Shown here: positions 10,676 to 19,080 of the stretch, one piece after another
How positions within the stretch are numbered: the stretch's first letter is position 1
Layout of the letters: every line of letters starts with the position of its first letter
From: an uncultured Anaeroplasmataceae bacterium
GTDB taxonomy: Bacteria; Bacillota_I; Bacilli_A; Acholeplasmatales; Anaeroplasmataceae
Direction of reading: 5' to 3'
Assembly (NCBI GenBank): GCA_964548855.1
Contig: CAZJSR010000002.1
Coordinates: 28,702 to 92,701, forward strand
DNA length: 64,000 nt
Notes under the pieces: generated by a model
What the model saw: the letters and a program-made list of their open reading frames with translations, nothing else
What the model was told of the DNA's origin: nothing
Database searches by the model: none
Translations under genes and position numbers: made by a program

Positions 10676-13600
10676 ATGAAGAAGTTTTTAACGATACTAT
10701 TATCTTGTGTAATGTTGTTGTTTATAGTCACATCATGTAATTCGAATAATCAGTTTAAAACGCCACAAGAAGCACTTGAGAATGTTTATGGTAATCAAGA
10801 ATATAAAATATCATTTATGTCAGAGGGACTATCAGTCCCTCTAGACAGTATGAACTATACTGCGAATAATATGCCAAAACTGCCTGTACCTGAAAAGATA
10901 GGGTATATATTTTCAGGTTGGTATTTAGATGAGAAACTTACAATTCCTTATACTGATGGTATCTTGTATTTATATATGAAAGATGTAACATTATATCCAA
11001 AATGGGAAAAAGAAAGTTTTTTAGCAAACGGAAAGTATGATATAGAATATGAAGCTAATATTATAGAAGATAGTGTTGTCAAAGGACTTAAAACTGATGA
11101 TTATGGCGGATATATTGATTTTACTGAATGTTTAGTAAAAGATGAAATATATCTAGAAAAGAGCGATGATAAATTTCTTTTAAAGTTACAATATGATACA
11201 AAAGTTACAATTCCAATGTTTACCAATGCAGGTGATGTATTTACTGTGAAAATATCATCATTAATGGATAGTTCTATTGTTATAAGTGATAGGATTAATT
11301 CACTTGCTGATCCTAAAAAAACAGTATTTATTGATTTAACAAATTTTTCTTTGGAGGATACATTATATCTAGATATTCAAACTACTAATTGGTTTACTGA
11401 TGGATTATCTGATTCTTCAAGATTAGAGACTGTAACAAGGTATACAGTTGCGATAAATTTTACAAAAATTATAGGATTTTCATCATCTTATGTAGACACT
11501 AGTGTGCCACTTGAAAAAGGATATTATCTTGTCAAGTCATATTATGCTAAACAAGATAATAGTGCTACGATGGCAGATTCTTTTAATCCTGTATATTCAT
11601 ACCTTTATTCTGATGGTAACGAAAACTATAAATTGATTAAACAAAATATTGCGTATGCAGGACTAACATCTTCATCAGGTATTACTCTTGAAAATACAAA
11701 GGATAATTATTACAATCGCTTAATGTCGTTTATACCTATTCAGTTATTTTATGAGATTACTAATGTACCTGAAACAAAAGATGTGGTTACTTCAGATTAT
11801 TATCCTTTAACATATGGCGCAAAATATTATGGTGATTATGCAATGGAATATCATGCAGATAGTGGTAAGTTTTATAATATATATGATTTAGGAAGTAATT
11901 TAGACAGTAGTTATATGACAATGAATGCTGTAACGGGTTTTATGGAAGTAGCTTCTGGGATGGGATTTAATAATCTAATATTAAGAATTGATTATAAACA
12001 TATGACAAAATTAGCAGAGGTTGATTATGAACCTCTAAGCGGGGATAGTTTTCAATATGAAACAAACATTGAATATTATCCAGGAAGCACAAATGATCTT
12101 GTTAAGCGTGATATGAATTACGACCTAATGAAAGAAAATGGCTTAGTTACTGAAATGGTTAATTTTTATTTCACTGCACCATTTTTAGGACTATCTACAA
12201 ATGATTATAAACAATGTAGTAGTCGAATTTGTGTTACTCCAACAAAAGGTACTAATTCTCAAACTATATCAGATTCACGTTACCGTATGGCATATTTTAC
12301 TGTAAATCATCAAATCTATGGATATGATTATAAATCAGAAGATAAATTATATGCGGATATTATGGGTGTTACATCAATGTCTGATGATGGTATGCGTTAT
12401 AATCGTGAGATAAAAAATGGAAAAAGTTGTGAAGTAGGAGATGTTATTAGACTATCCGATATATATAATACAAAATGTGATTCAAAAACAGATTTCTCAT
12501 CTGTTTTATGGACTGTCTACAATATGAAAGATGGTAAGGTTTTATTTGATGATAAAGTAAATTTAAAAAATTCAACATTTATATTTGAAAAAGATGTTGC
12601 GGTTTTATTTGAGAATAAAACTAGGGATGGTACAAAATATTCTCTTGTTGAATTGGCTTTATATGAAGAACCAAAGGTGACAATTAAAAATAATGATAAA
12701 TATCCCTACGATCCACAAGCTACATATGTAGTAGGAGATAAAGTATCTTTTCCATACGTTACTTATTCATGGATGGGGAATATTGCGAATATGATAGATT
12801 CTTTTTTTGAAGATCCAACATCTACAAGTGATTCTTCAAGTATAAACTTACTTCGTAGTGCGATATATAAAGAAGTTGATGGAGTATATGTATGGTATGA
12901 TGGTGTTGGATATAATGAAACTACCTTTGTGGTTCCGTCAGAGAAATTTATAGTGGTATATGAGTTTACAAATATTTATGGTGAAATATATCACTATTCT
13001 ATTCCTTTTGTTTCTAATAGTCAGTCACGTTATAGTATAGTTGATAATAATGACAATTTAATTGATGAAGGAACTATAAAGTATAATTCAGAAGGAAAGA
13101 GATCATCTATTTCAGTTTCACTTGAATCAAAAAGAATAAATAAAGAAAATTATAATGATATTTTATTTTCATCTTATAAATTAAATATTTCTGGATTTAC
13201 TCGCGATTTTAAGTTGTCAGAATATAGTATAGTAACAGATACTATAGAAGAAGATGTATTAGTTATAGATGATAGTGATATTTGTAATATATTATGGGAT
13301 AAAATAAAGACACAAAAATATGCGGCTATTAAACTAGTATATAAAATAGGTGACGATACAATTAGTGCTACATATTACTATAATATGAATTTTAGTGGTA
13401 AGATGACTTGTGAATTAATGGATTATAATGATTATTTTACAAATCAAGAATATAGTTTTGTTGTGCCATCTTTATATGATTTAGAAGGAAATTTCCTAAC
13501 GAATGGCTCAGCATCTTGTCCATATCGCTATGCAAAATTAGATAAAGATAAATATCAATATAAATTATTATTTACTCAATCAGGATGTTATGACATTACT

Positions 13601-14431
13601 CAAAATTATTATATAGGTTCTATTAATCTTCATTTTACTCAAACTATTTATGTTTGGAATGATAATGTTGATATTTCGATAACTTATATAACGGATCTAA
13701 GAAGACCATTCAATGATGGTTCTTTGGAGCGTACAGTTAAATATAATCTTAAAGAAGCAATATATTCTTTAAAAAAGACTGGATTTGATGAGTGTGTTCC
13801 TGCAGGGGATATTTTATATGGTTGGTCATTAAAAGAAGGAAGTTATGATTGTGAAGTAAGAAGTGGAAATGTAATAGAAAACTTTATTTCTAAGTATAAT
13901 TCAAAATCACTTATTTTATACGCAATATGGGATAGTGGTCTTGAATTAACAGTAAATAGAGGAGATGGTATTACATATACTAAAAAGTATTATTTAGATT
14001 CGTTTATTAGATATAGTATATCGTCTTCGGATTTTGAAGTTATAACTTTAGATGGCTATAAGAATACTGGATGGATTTGTGATATTTGGAATGGTTGTAT
14101 GATTACATCAATAAATGTTAGTCCATCAAGAATCGATTGGGAAAATGCTACATTTATAGTTAATCCTGTGTTTAAAAAAGAATTTACAGTAAAATATGAG
14201 GTTAACAGCATCTATTCAAATTCTTTCTTTAGAAATGAGATAGTATTAGATGGAAATTACATTAGTTCTGTATTTAACAAAGTTAATGTTAATTGTAAAG
14301 TATTAGGATATAAATTTGTTGGATGGTATATTAAAGGTGATGAAACACAAACAGTAATAGATTTAGAAATGTATCCTATAACAAAAGATGTTATATTTGT
14401 TGCGAAGTTTGTGCCTGATGTGGAGGTATAA
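10676..14431 (+). CDS. Giant surface lipoprotein with N- and C-terminal InlB-B (Flg_new-type) repeats
   Basis: MKKFLTILLSCVMLLFIVTSC|NSN is a classic lipoprotein signal peptide. ATG 10676 is preferred over GTG 10661 because a GAGGA Shine-Dalgarno lies upstream. Repeat motifs: YIFSGWYLDEKLTIPY, ILYGWSLKEGS, YKNTGWICD, YKFVGWYIKGDETQ. The ~1000-aa central region had no motif I recognised. Confidence 0.75.
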   Translation: MKKFLTILLSCVMLLFIVTSCNSNNQFKTPQEALENVYGNQEYKISFMSEGLSVPLDSMNYTANNMPKLPVPEKIGYIFSGWYLDEKLTIPYTDGILYLYMKDVTLYPKWEKESFLANGKYDIEYEANIIEDSVVKGLKTDDYGGYIDFTECLVKDEIYLEKSDDKFLLKLQYDTKVTIPMFTNAGDVFTVKISSLMDSSIVISDRINSLADPKKTVFIDLTNFSLEDTLYLDIQTTNWFTDGLSDSSRLETVTRYTVAINFTKIIGFSSSYVDTSVPLEKGYYLVKSYYAKQDNSATMADSFNPVYSYLYSDGNENYKLIKQNIAYAGLTSSSGITLENTKDNYYNRLMSFIPIQLFYEITNVPETKDVVTSDYYPLTYGAKYYGDYAMEYHADSGKFYNIYDLGSNLDSSYMTMNAVTGFMEVASGMGFNNLILRIDYKHMTKLAEVDYEPLSGDSFQYETNIEYYPGSTNDLVKRDMNYDLMKENGLVTEMVNFYFTAPFLGLSTNDYKQCSSRICVTPTKGTNSQTISDSRYRMAYFTVNHQIYGYDYKSEDKLYADIMGVTSMSDDGMRYNREIKNGKSCEVGDVIRLSDIYNTKCDSKTDFSSVLWTVYNMKDGKVLFDDKVNLKNSTFIFEKDVAVLFENKTRDGTKYSLVELALYEEPKVTIKNNDKYPYDPQATYVVGDKVSFPYVTYSWMGNIANMIDSFFEDPTSTSDSSSINLLRSAIYKEVDGVYVWYDGVGYNETTFVVPSEKFIVVYEFTNIYGEIYHYSIPFVSNSQSRYSIVDNNDNLIDEGTIKYNSEGKRSSISVSLESKRINKENYNDILFSSYKLNISGFTRDFKLSEYSIVTDTIEEDVLVIDDSDICNILWDKIKTQKYAAIKLVYKIGDDTISATYYYNMNFSGKMTCELMDYNDYFTNQEYSFVVPSLYDLEGNFLTNGSASCPYRYAKLDKDKYQYKLLFTQSGCYDITQNYYIGSINLHFTQTIYVWNDNVDISITYITDLRRPFNDGSLERTVKYNLKEAIYSLKKTGFDECVPAGDILYGWSLKEGSYDCEVRSGNVIENFISKYNSKSLILYAIWDSGLELTVNRGDGITYTKKYYLDSFIRYSISSSDFEVITLDGYKNTGWICDIWNGCMITSINVSPSRIDWENATFIVNPVFKKEFTVKYEVNSIYSNSFFRNEIVLDGNYISSVFNKVNVNCKVLGYKFVGWYIKGDETQTVIDLEMYPITKDVIFVAKFVPDVEV

Positions 14432-14432
14432 A

Positions 14433-15683
14433 ATGTTAAAGAATGTGATAAAAAAAGTTATCATGATCGTGTTTATGTTGTTTTTAATATTGCCTATTTT
14501 AACAAATATTAATGCCATATCTTTGTTAAATGATGGATTATATGAAGTCTCTATAAATCTAAGTGGTCTTAAAATGGGTAAAGATAATTTTACAAGTAAG
14601 GCTAATTTAGAAAAGAAAAATGAATATTATTATCTAACGTTTGGACATAGCGCTAGTGTTTCTGATATGAAACTTGATTCTGGTAATAAACAGGTAGGCT
14701 ATACATGTTTTAAAAAAGATGATTGGACGATGTATACTTATACATTAAATGAAACAAGAGTTAATGATAGTCTTTCGTTTAAAGCATTTATTAAAGCTAT
14801 GAATAAAGATGTTAATTTTAATATTTCACTTGATCTTGATAATGCAAAATATATAGGAGAAGTATTAGAAGATGATGAAAGACCAGCACCTTATGTTCCG
14901 GTATTTTCTTCAAGTTCGTCATCTAAGTATACTTTAAAAGTAGGCACAATATTTCCAATTCCAAAATTGACGGCATGTCTTGGAGATGAGATATGTGATA
15001 TAAAAACTACGGCATGGTATAATATGAATCTTGTAGAAATAAAAGATGGGAAATTAATATTAGAAAATATCGGGACATATGAACTAGTTTTTAAAGCAAC
15101 AAGTCCATCTTATAAAACATCTTTAAATAACGATACATTTAGTGAATTGAAAATTGTAATAGAATCAACTAATTCTGGTAATGAAATAGTTAAGGTGGAA
15201 GATATAAATAATGTTTTACCTCTAAATACTAATATCATCGTAGGTTCTTTAGATAGCAGTGCTTTAGAATATAATGAAGCCAAAAAATGTATTGCTAAAA
15301 TTGCGGATAACTTTCAAGTTTTCTCACTAGAATTAGTAGACGATAATGGGAATCAAATTAGTATAGAAGATTCTTTACTATTATCATTTAGAGTAGATGA
15401 TTATTTTGATAGAACTAAAGTAGAAGTATATTATATGGATGATAATGGTCTTAAATTAATTAATTGTGATAATTATGGTAGATATATAAGCATAGAAAGT
15501 TTAAATACTGGTATTTATATTGTATGTGTACCAGGGGTAGCATTTGTGATGCCAATGTGGGGTTATGTTTTAATATTATGTGGATGGTTGATAGTTATTG
15601 GTCTATTAATAACATTGATTATTATTCTAGTAAAAAAGAAAAATAAAAGAGATAAAAATATATTAGGAGCTGTAGAACAATAA
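14433..15683 (+). CDS. Cell-surface protein: signal peptide, NEAT-like N-terminal domain, Ig-like middle region, C-terminal TM anchor
   Basis: GGAGGT Shine-Dalgarno 6 nt upstream of ATG 14433, so the 14388 extension is rejected. Signal peptide is MLKNVIKKVIMIVFMLFLILPILTNINA. The segment LNDGLYEVSINL...KKNEYYYLTFGHSASVSDMKLD...AFIKAMNKDVNFNISLDLD follows the NEAT-domain pattern as I recall it. C-terminal TM is WGYVLILCGWLIVIGLLITLIIILV followed by KKKNKRDK. Confidence 0.7.
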   Translation: MLKNVIKKVIMIVFMLFLILPILTNINAISLLNDGLYEVSINLSGLKMGKDNFTSKANLEKKNEYYYLTFGHSASVSDMKLDSGNKQVGYTCFKKDDWTMYTYTLNETRVNDSLSFKAFIKAMNKDVNFNISLDLDNAKYIGEVLEDDERPAPYVPVFSSSSSSKYTLKVGTIFPIPKLTACLGDEICDIKTTAWYNMNLVEIKDGKLILENIGTYELVFKATSPSYKTSLNNDTFSELKIVIESTNSGNEIVKVEDINNVLPLNTNIIVGSLDSSALEYNEAKKCIAKIADNFQVFSLELVDDNGNQISIEDSLLLSFRVDDYFDRTKVEVYYMDDNGLKLINCDNYGRYISIESLNTGIYIVCVPGVAFVMPMWGYVLILCGWLIVIGLLITLIIILVKKKNKRDKNILGAVEQ

Positions 15684-15722
15684 ATTCTATAAGTTGTATT
15701 TTTAATGTAACTATTAGAATCA

Positions 15723-15741
15723 GGAGCTACAGCTCCTTTTT
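15723..15741 (+). terminator. Rho-independent terminator ending the ABC-lipoprotein operon
   Basis: GGAGC-TACA-GCTCC stem-loop followed by TTTTT, 40 nt after the stop at 15683. Confidence 0.7.
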
Positions 15742-15793
15742 ATGTTTTATTTTGTATTTTTTTTTATTTCACATATTATAAATTATATTTAAA

Positions 15794-15802
15794 TGATATA
15801 AT
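15794..15802 (+). promoter_or_regulatory. Extended -10 promoter element (TGaTATAAT) for the alarmone synthetase/ABC operon
   Basis: TGATATAAT read directly, about 30 nt upstream of ATG 15834 and downstream of the terminator at 15723. Confidence 0.5.
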
Positions 15803-15833
15803 TTACTTGAATAATACGATGGGTGGTAAATAT

Positions 15834-16529
15834 ATGGATTATAATAAAGGACTGATTATAGAGAAATTTAAAGCATTAATGGATGAAACTTTATCAGGTG
15901 CAAATAGACTTGAGATAATTAAAGAAATTACAATGCCTTTTCAACAAATGATGATGTCATATCAATGTGCGATTAAAGAAATCGAAACTAAACTAGAAGT
16001 TCTTAATTTAGAATATTCGCTTAATAATGAACAAAATCCAATTGAATCTATTAAATCTAGAATTAAATCAATAGAAAGTATTGTTGATAAGATTAAAAGA
16101 AAAAAAATTGACATTACTGTAGAAAATGTTGAAGAAAAGATAATGGATATCGCAGGTATTAGAGTTATAGTAAATTTTCCAGAGGATGTATATAAAATAA
16201 GAGATGGATTATTATTACAAGACGATATATATTTAATAGAAGAGAAAGATTATATAAAAAATCCAAAAGAAAATGGGTATAGATCTCTTCATTTAATTGT
16301 TAAAATTCCTATTTTTTTATCATCAGGGAAGAAATTTGTTCCAGTTGAAATTCAAATTAGAACAATTGCGATGAATTTTTGGGCATCGCTTGAACATCAA
16401 TTAAGATATAAGAAAAATATTGATAATAAAGAATCTATTTCTTTATCTTTAAAACAACTTGCATGTGAATCTGCAAATTTAGACTTGAGAATGGAAATGT
16501 TAAAAAAAGAAATAAATAATAAAAATTAG
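15834..16529 (+). CDS. Small alarmone synthetase (RelP/RelQ-type GTP pyrophosphokinase, RelA_SpoT synthetase domain only)
   Basis: Motifs DIAGIRVIVNF, ENGYRSLHLIV and VEIQIRTIAMNFWASLEHQLRYK match the RelP/RelQ (YwaC/YjbM) synthetase core. Size is ~231 aa from ATG 15834 (GGGTGGT Shine-Dalgarno); the ORF-track TTG at 15807 is less likely. Confidence 0.85.
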   Translation: MDYNKGLIIEKFKALMDETLSGANRLEIIKEITMPFQQMMMSYQCAIKEIETKLEVLNLEYSLNNEQNPIESIKSRIKSIESIVDKIKRKKIDITVENVEEKIMDIAGIRVIVNFPEDVYKIRDGLLLQDDIYLIEEKDYIKNPKENGYRSLHLIVKIPIFLSSGKKFVPVEIQIRTIAMNFWASLEHQLRYKKNIDNKESISLSLKQLACESANLDLRMEMLKKEINNKN

Positions 16530-16538
16530 GGAGAATTT

Positions 16539-19070
16539 ATGATTACAATTAATGGCTTAACAAAGATTTATAAAGGAAAAAACGAAACAAAAGCCCTTAA
16601 TAATGTATCTTTAAAATTGCCAGATAAAGGTTTTGTCTTTATCTTTGGTCAAAGTGGAAGTGGGAAATCAACATTACTTAATTTGATTGGTGGTCTTGAT
16701 GATATAACTGAGGGAGAAATATTTTATAATAATCTTAATATCAAAGAATTTACGTCATCAGAGTTAGATATTTTTAGAAGTAACTATTTAGGTTTTATAT
16801 TTCAAGATTTTAATTTATATGACAATATGACAGTATATCAAAATGTATTATGTAGTTTAGAATTATCAAATAATAAATCTAAAGATATTCTTGATATTTT
16901 AAAAAAATTAGGTCTTGAGGGATTAGATGGTAGATATATCACAGAACTTTCAGGAGGCGAGAGACAAAGAGTTGCGATAGCTCGTGCATTGATTAAAGAT
17001 TCATCTTTAATTTTAGCCGATGAACCAACAGGAAATCTAGATCCTAATACATCTATACAAATATTAGATCTTTTAAAGGAAATATCAAATGAAAAATTAG
17101 TTATTATGGTATCTCATAATAAATTAGATGGAAATTTATATGCTGATAGAATTATCGAATTAAGCGAGGGCTGTGTAATATCTGATAAAACTCGAAGAGA
17201 TAATTATCAAAATGAATTCGAGATTAATAATGATGAAATAATTCTTCCGTCTTATAAAGATTTAACAAATGATGAAATTTTAGAATTTAATGAAGTATTA
17301 CAAAGTGGTAATGTGAAAAAAATCACTCAATTAGACAATGGTTTTGATGAGACTAAAAATATTATAGAGACGAAAAAAGAAATAGAGTTAAAGAAAAATA
17401 AGGTTAGTATTTTATCGTTATTTAAATTTTTGAAGATGTTTATGTTAAAAAGAAAATATGTAAGAATTTTTTCTATCTTAATTATTGTGCTTATATTTAT
17501 TGTATCTAGTTTAATGATATCTTTTATTACATATAAAAATAACACAAGATACATACATAATGATGCAGATTATTATGTACTAAGTAAGGGTTCAGATAAA
17601 CCCTTTGAAAATTCAGTTCATTATGCACCTTTATATGAAATAGATGATAATGATATTAGTGCATTTAATAGTACTAATTATAAAGGTAATGTTTATAAGC
17701 TAAATAACTATAGTTTTACAATTAATGGTTCAAGTAATTATATACTACATAAAATGACTAATGATTTAAGAAGTATTGAAGATTTTTATTTAAAATCTAC
17801 ATATGGTACTTTAGTATGTGATGATTCTTTTTTTAATACATTGTTTAAAGGAAACGAAGTAATTAAGACTGATTATAAAGATTATGGTATCTTAGTTACA
17901 GACTATGTTGCGGATTCTATGATGTATTATGTAAGTAATCAGTATAAGAGTTATAATGATATTTTAGGGTATAAAAAAATAAATCCTAAAGAGTATTATA
18001 TAAATGGAATTATTAAAACAAATTATAAAGAAAAATATAAAGATATTATTTCTTTATATGAAAAAGATAAAAACACTGCCGCAGATAAGGCAAGAGATTT
18101 AGATATTTATGAAGAATTTCTTAATGATGTTAATAAAAGACTTGGAGTAACATATAGCCTAAATCCAAATTTCTTATCAGATTTATATGAATATGATAAT
18201 GCTGGAGTTACTATAAATACATATACGTTTTCATCTAATGATTATAATTATAAAAGAGATAGTTCAGCTATTAGTTTTTATATAGATAAAAGTATTAACG
18301 ATGATGAAATTATTTTAAACTATAGTTTGTATAATAAAATATTTAATACTAATTACACTATGAGCAATTATAAGATAGAAAATCATACGGTTAAATTAGA
18401 AATGTTTGAGTATAATAATAGGACAATATATGAAAAAGAATTTAAGATAAAATCTTTAAGCTATGAAAATAAGGTATCAGAAAATGTTTATTCTGAATTA
18501 AATAAGAATACGATAGTAAATATAGGACTATATTTAGATAACCTTTCAAATAGTCATGATGTTATAGATATGATGTGTAAATATAATTTTTATTTATTAG
18601 AGCCGGACTTTTATAGTGAACTTGTTATATGGAAAGTTTCAACTAGTTTCCAAGTCTTAATAACATGCTTACTAGTTGTCTTAATTTTAGTATTATTTAT
18701 ATATGTAGTTATGTACGGAATTAATAATATTAAATCTAATTATAAAGAAATAGGAATATATAAATCGTTAGGTGGTAAATACAGGCATATAGGTATAACT
18801 TTAATAATGGATGCGCTAATAACTTGTGCTATAATTTGGATATTATGTTTTATATTTACTAAGACCTTAACTAATTTTTCAAATTATGTACTGACAAAGG
18901 CTTTTGAGAGTATTTTAAATATTAAGATTTATAGTACTGTGTTCTTACAAATTAATAATATTACATTATTTAGAAATTTAAGTATTTTATTACTCATAAT
19001 GCTTGTTGCGTCTATAATTCCATTTTTATTATTAAGAAGACTTAAACCAATAAAAATATTAAAATATTAG
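16539..19070 (+). CDS. MacB-architecture ABC protein (ATPase-FtsX fusion) with ~350-aa extracytoplasmic domain
   Basis: Intact Walker A GQSGSGKST, signature LSGGERQRV, Walker B LILADEPTGNLD and H-loop VSHN. It has a TM after residue ~305, a long Tyr/Asn-rich extracytoplasmic domain and a C-terminal FtsX-like bundle (IGIYKSLGGKYRHI). Starts 9 nt after the synthetase stop. Confidence 0.85.
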   Translation: MITINGLTKIYKGKNETKALNNVSLKLPDKGFVFIFGQSGSGKSTLLNLIGGLDDITEGEIFYNNLNIKEFTSSELDIFRSNYLGFIFQDFNLYDNMTVYQNVLCSLELSNNKSKDILDILKKLGLEGLDGRYITELSGGERQRVAIARALIKDSSLILADEPTGNLDPNTSIQILDLLKEISNEKLVIMVSHNKLDGNLYADRIIELSEGCVISDKTRRDNYQNEFEINNDEIILPSYKDLTNDEILEFNEVLQSGNVKKITQLDNGFDETKNIIETKKEIELKKNKVSILSLFKFLKMFMLKRKYVRIFSILIIVLIFIVSSLMISFITYKNNTRYIHNDADYYVLSKGSDKPFENSVHYAPLYEIDDNDISAFNSTNYKGNVYKLNNYSFTINGSSNYILHKMTNDLRSIEDFYLKSTYGTLVCDDSFFNTLFKGNEVIKTDYKDYGILVTDYVADSMMYYVSNQYKSYNDILGYKKINPKEYYINGIIKTNYKEKYKDIISLYEKDKNTAADKARDLDIYEEFLNDVNKRLGVTYSLNPNFLSDLYEYDNAGVTINTYTFSSNDYNYKRDSSAISFYIDKSINDDEIILNYSLYNKIFNTNYTMSNYKIENHTVKLEMFEYNNRTIYEKEFKIKSLSYENKVSENVYSELNKNTIVNIGLYLDNLSNSHDVIDMMCKYNFYLLEPDFYSELVIWKVSTSFQVLITCLLVVLILVLFIYVVMYGINNIKSNYKEIGIYKSLGGKYRHIGITLIMDALITCAIIWILCFIFTKTLTNFSNYVLTKAFESILNIKIYSTVFLQINNITLFRNLSILLLIMLVASIIPFLLLRRLKPIKILKY

Positions 19071-19080
19071 GGAGGATTTT

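Noticed and set aside
14433-15683. Calling the surface protein a heme-binding Isd-type NEAT receptor.
   Set aside because: The position that should carry the heme-ligating YxxxY reads KDVNF. There is no LPXTG sorting signal, and no isd/heme-uptake ABC importer (substrate-binding protein plus FecCD-type permease) is nearby. Only a NEAT-like fold is proposed.
15834-16529. Toxic small alarmone synthetase (toxSAS) toxin-antitoxin module.
   Set aside because: The protein aligns along its full length with housekeeping RelP/RelQ. No small adjacent antitoxin ORF exists, and the downstream genes are large ABC proteins. A growth-inhibition test on expression would settle it.
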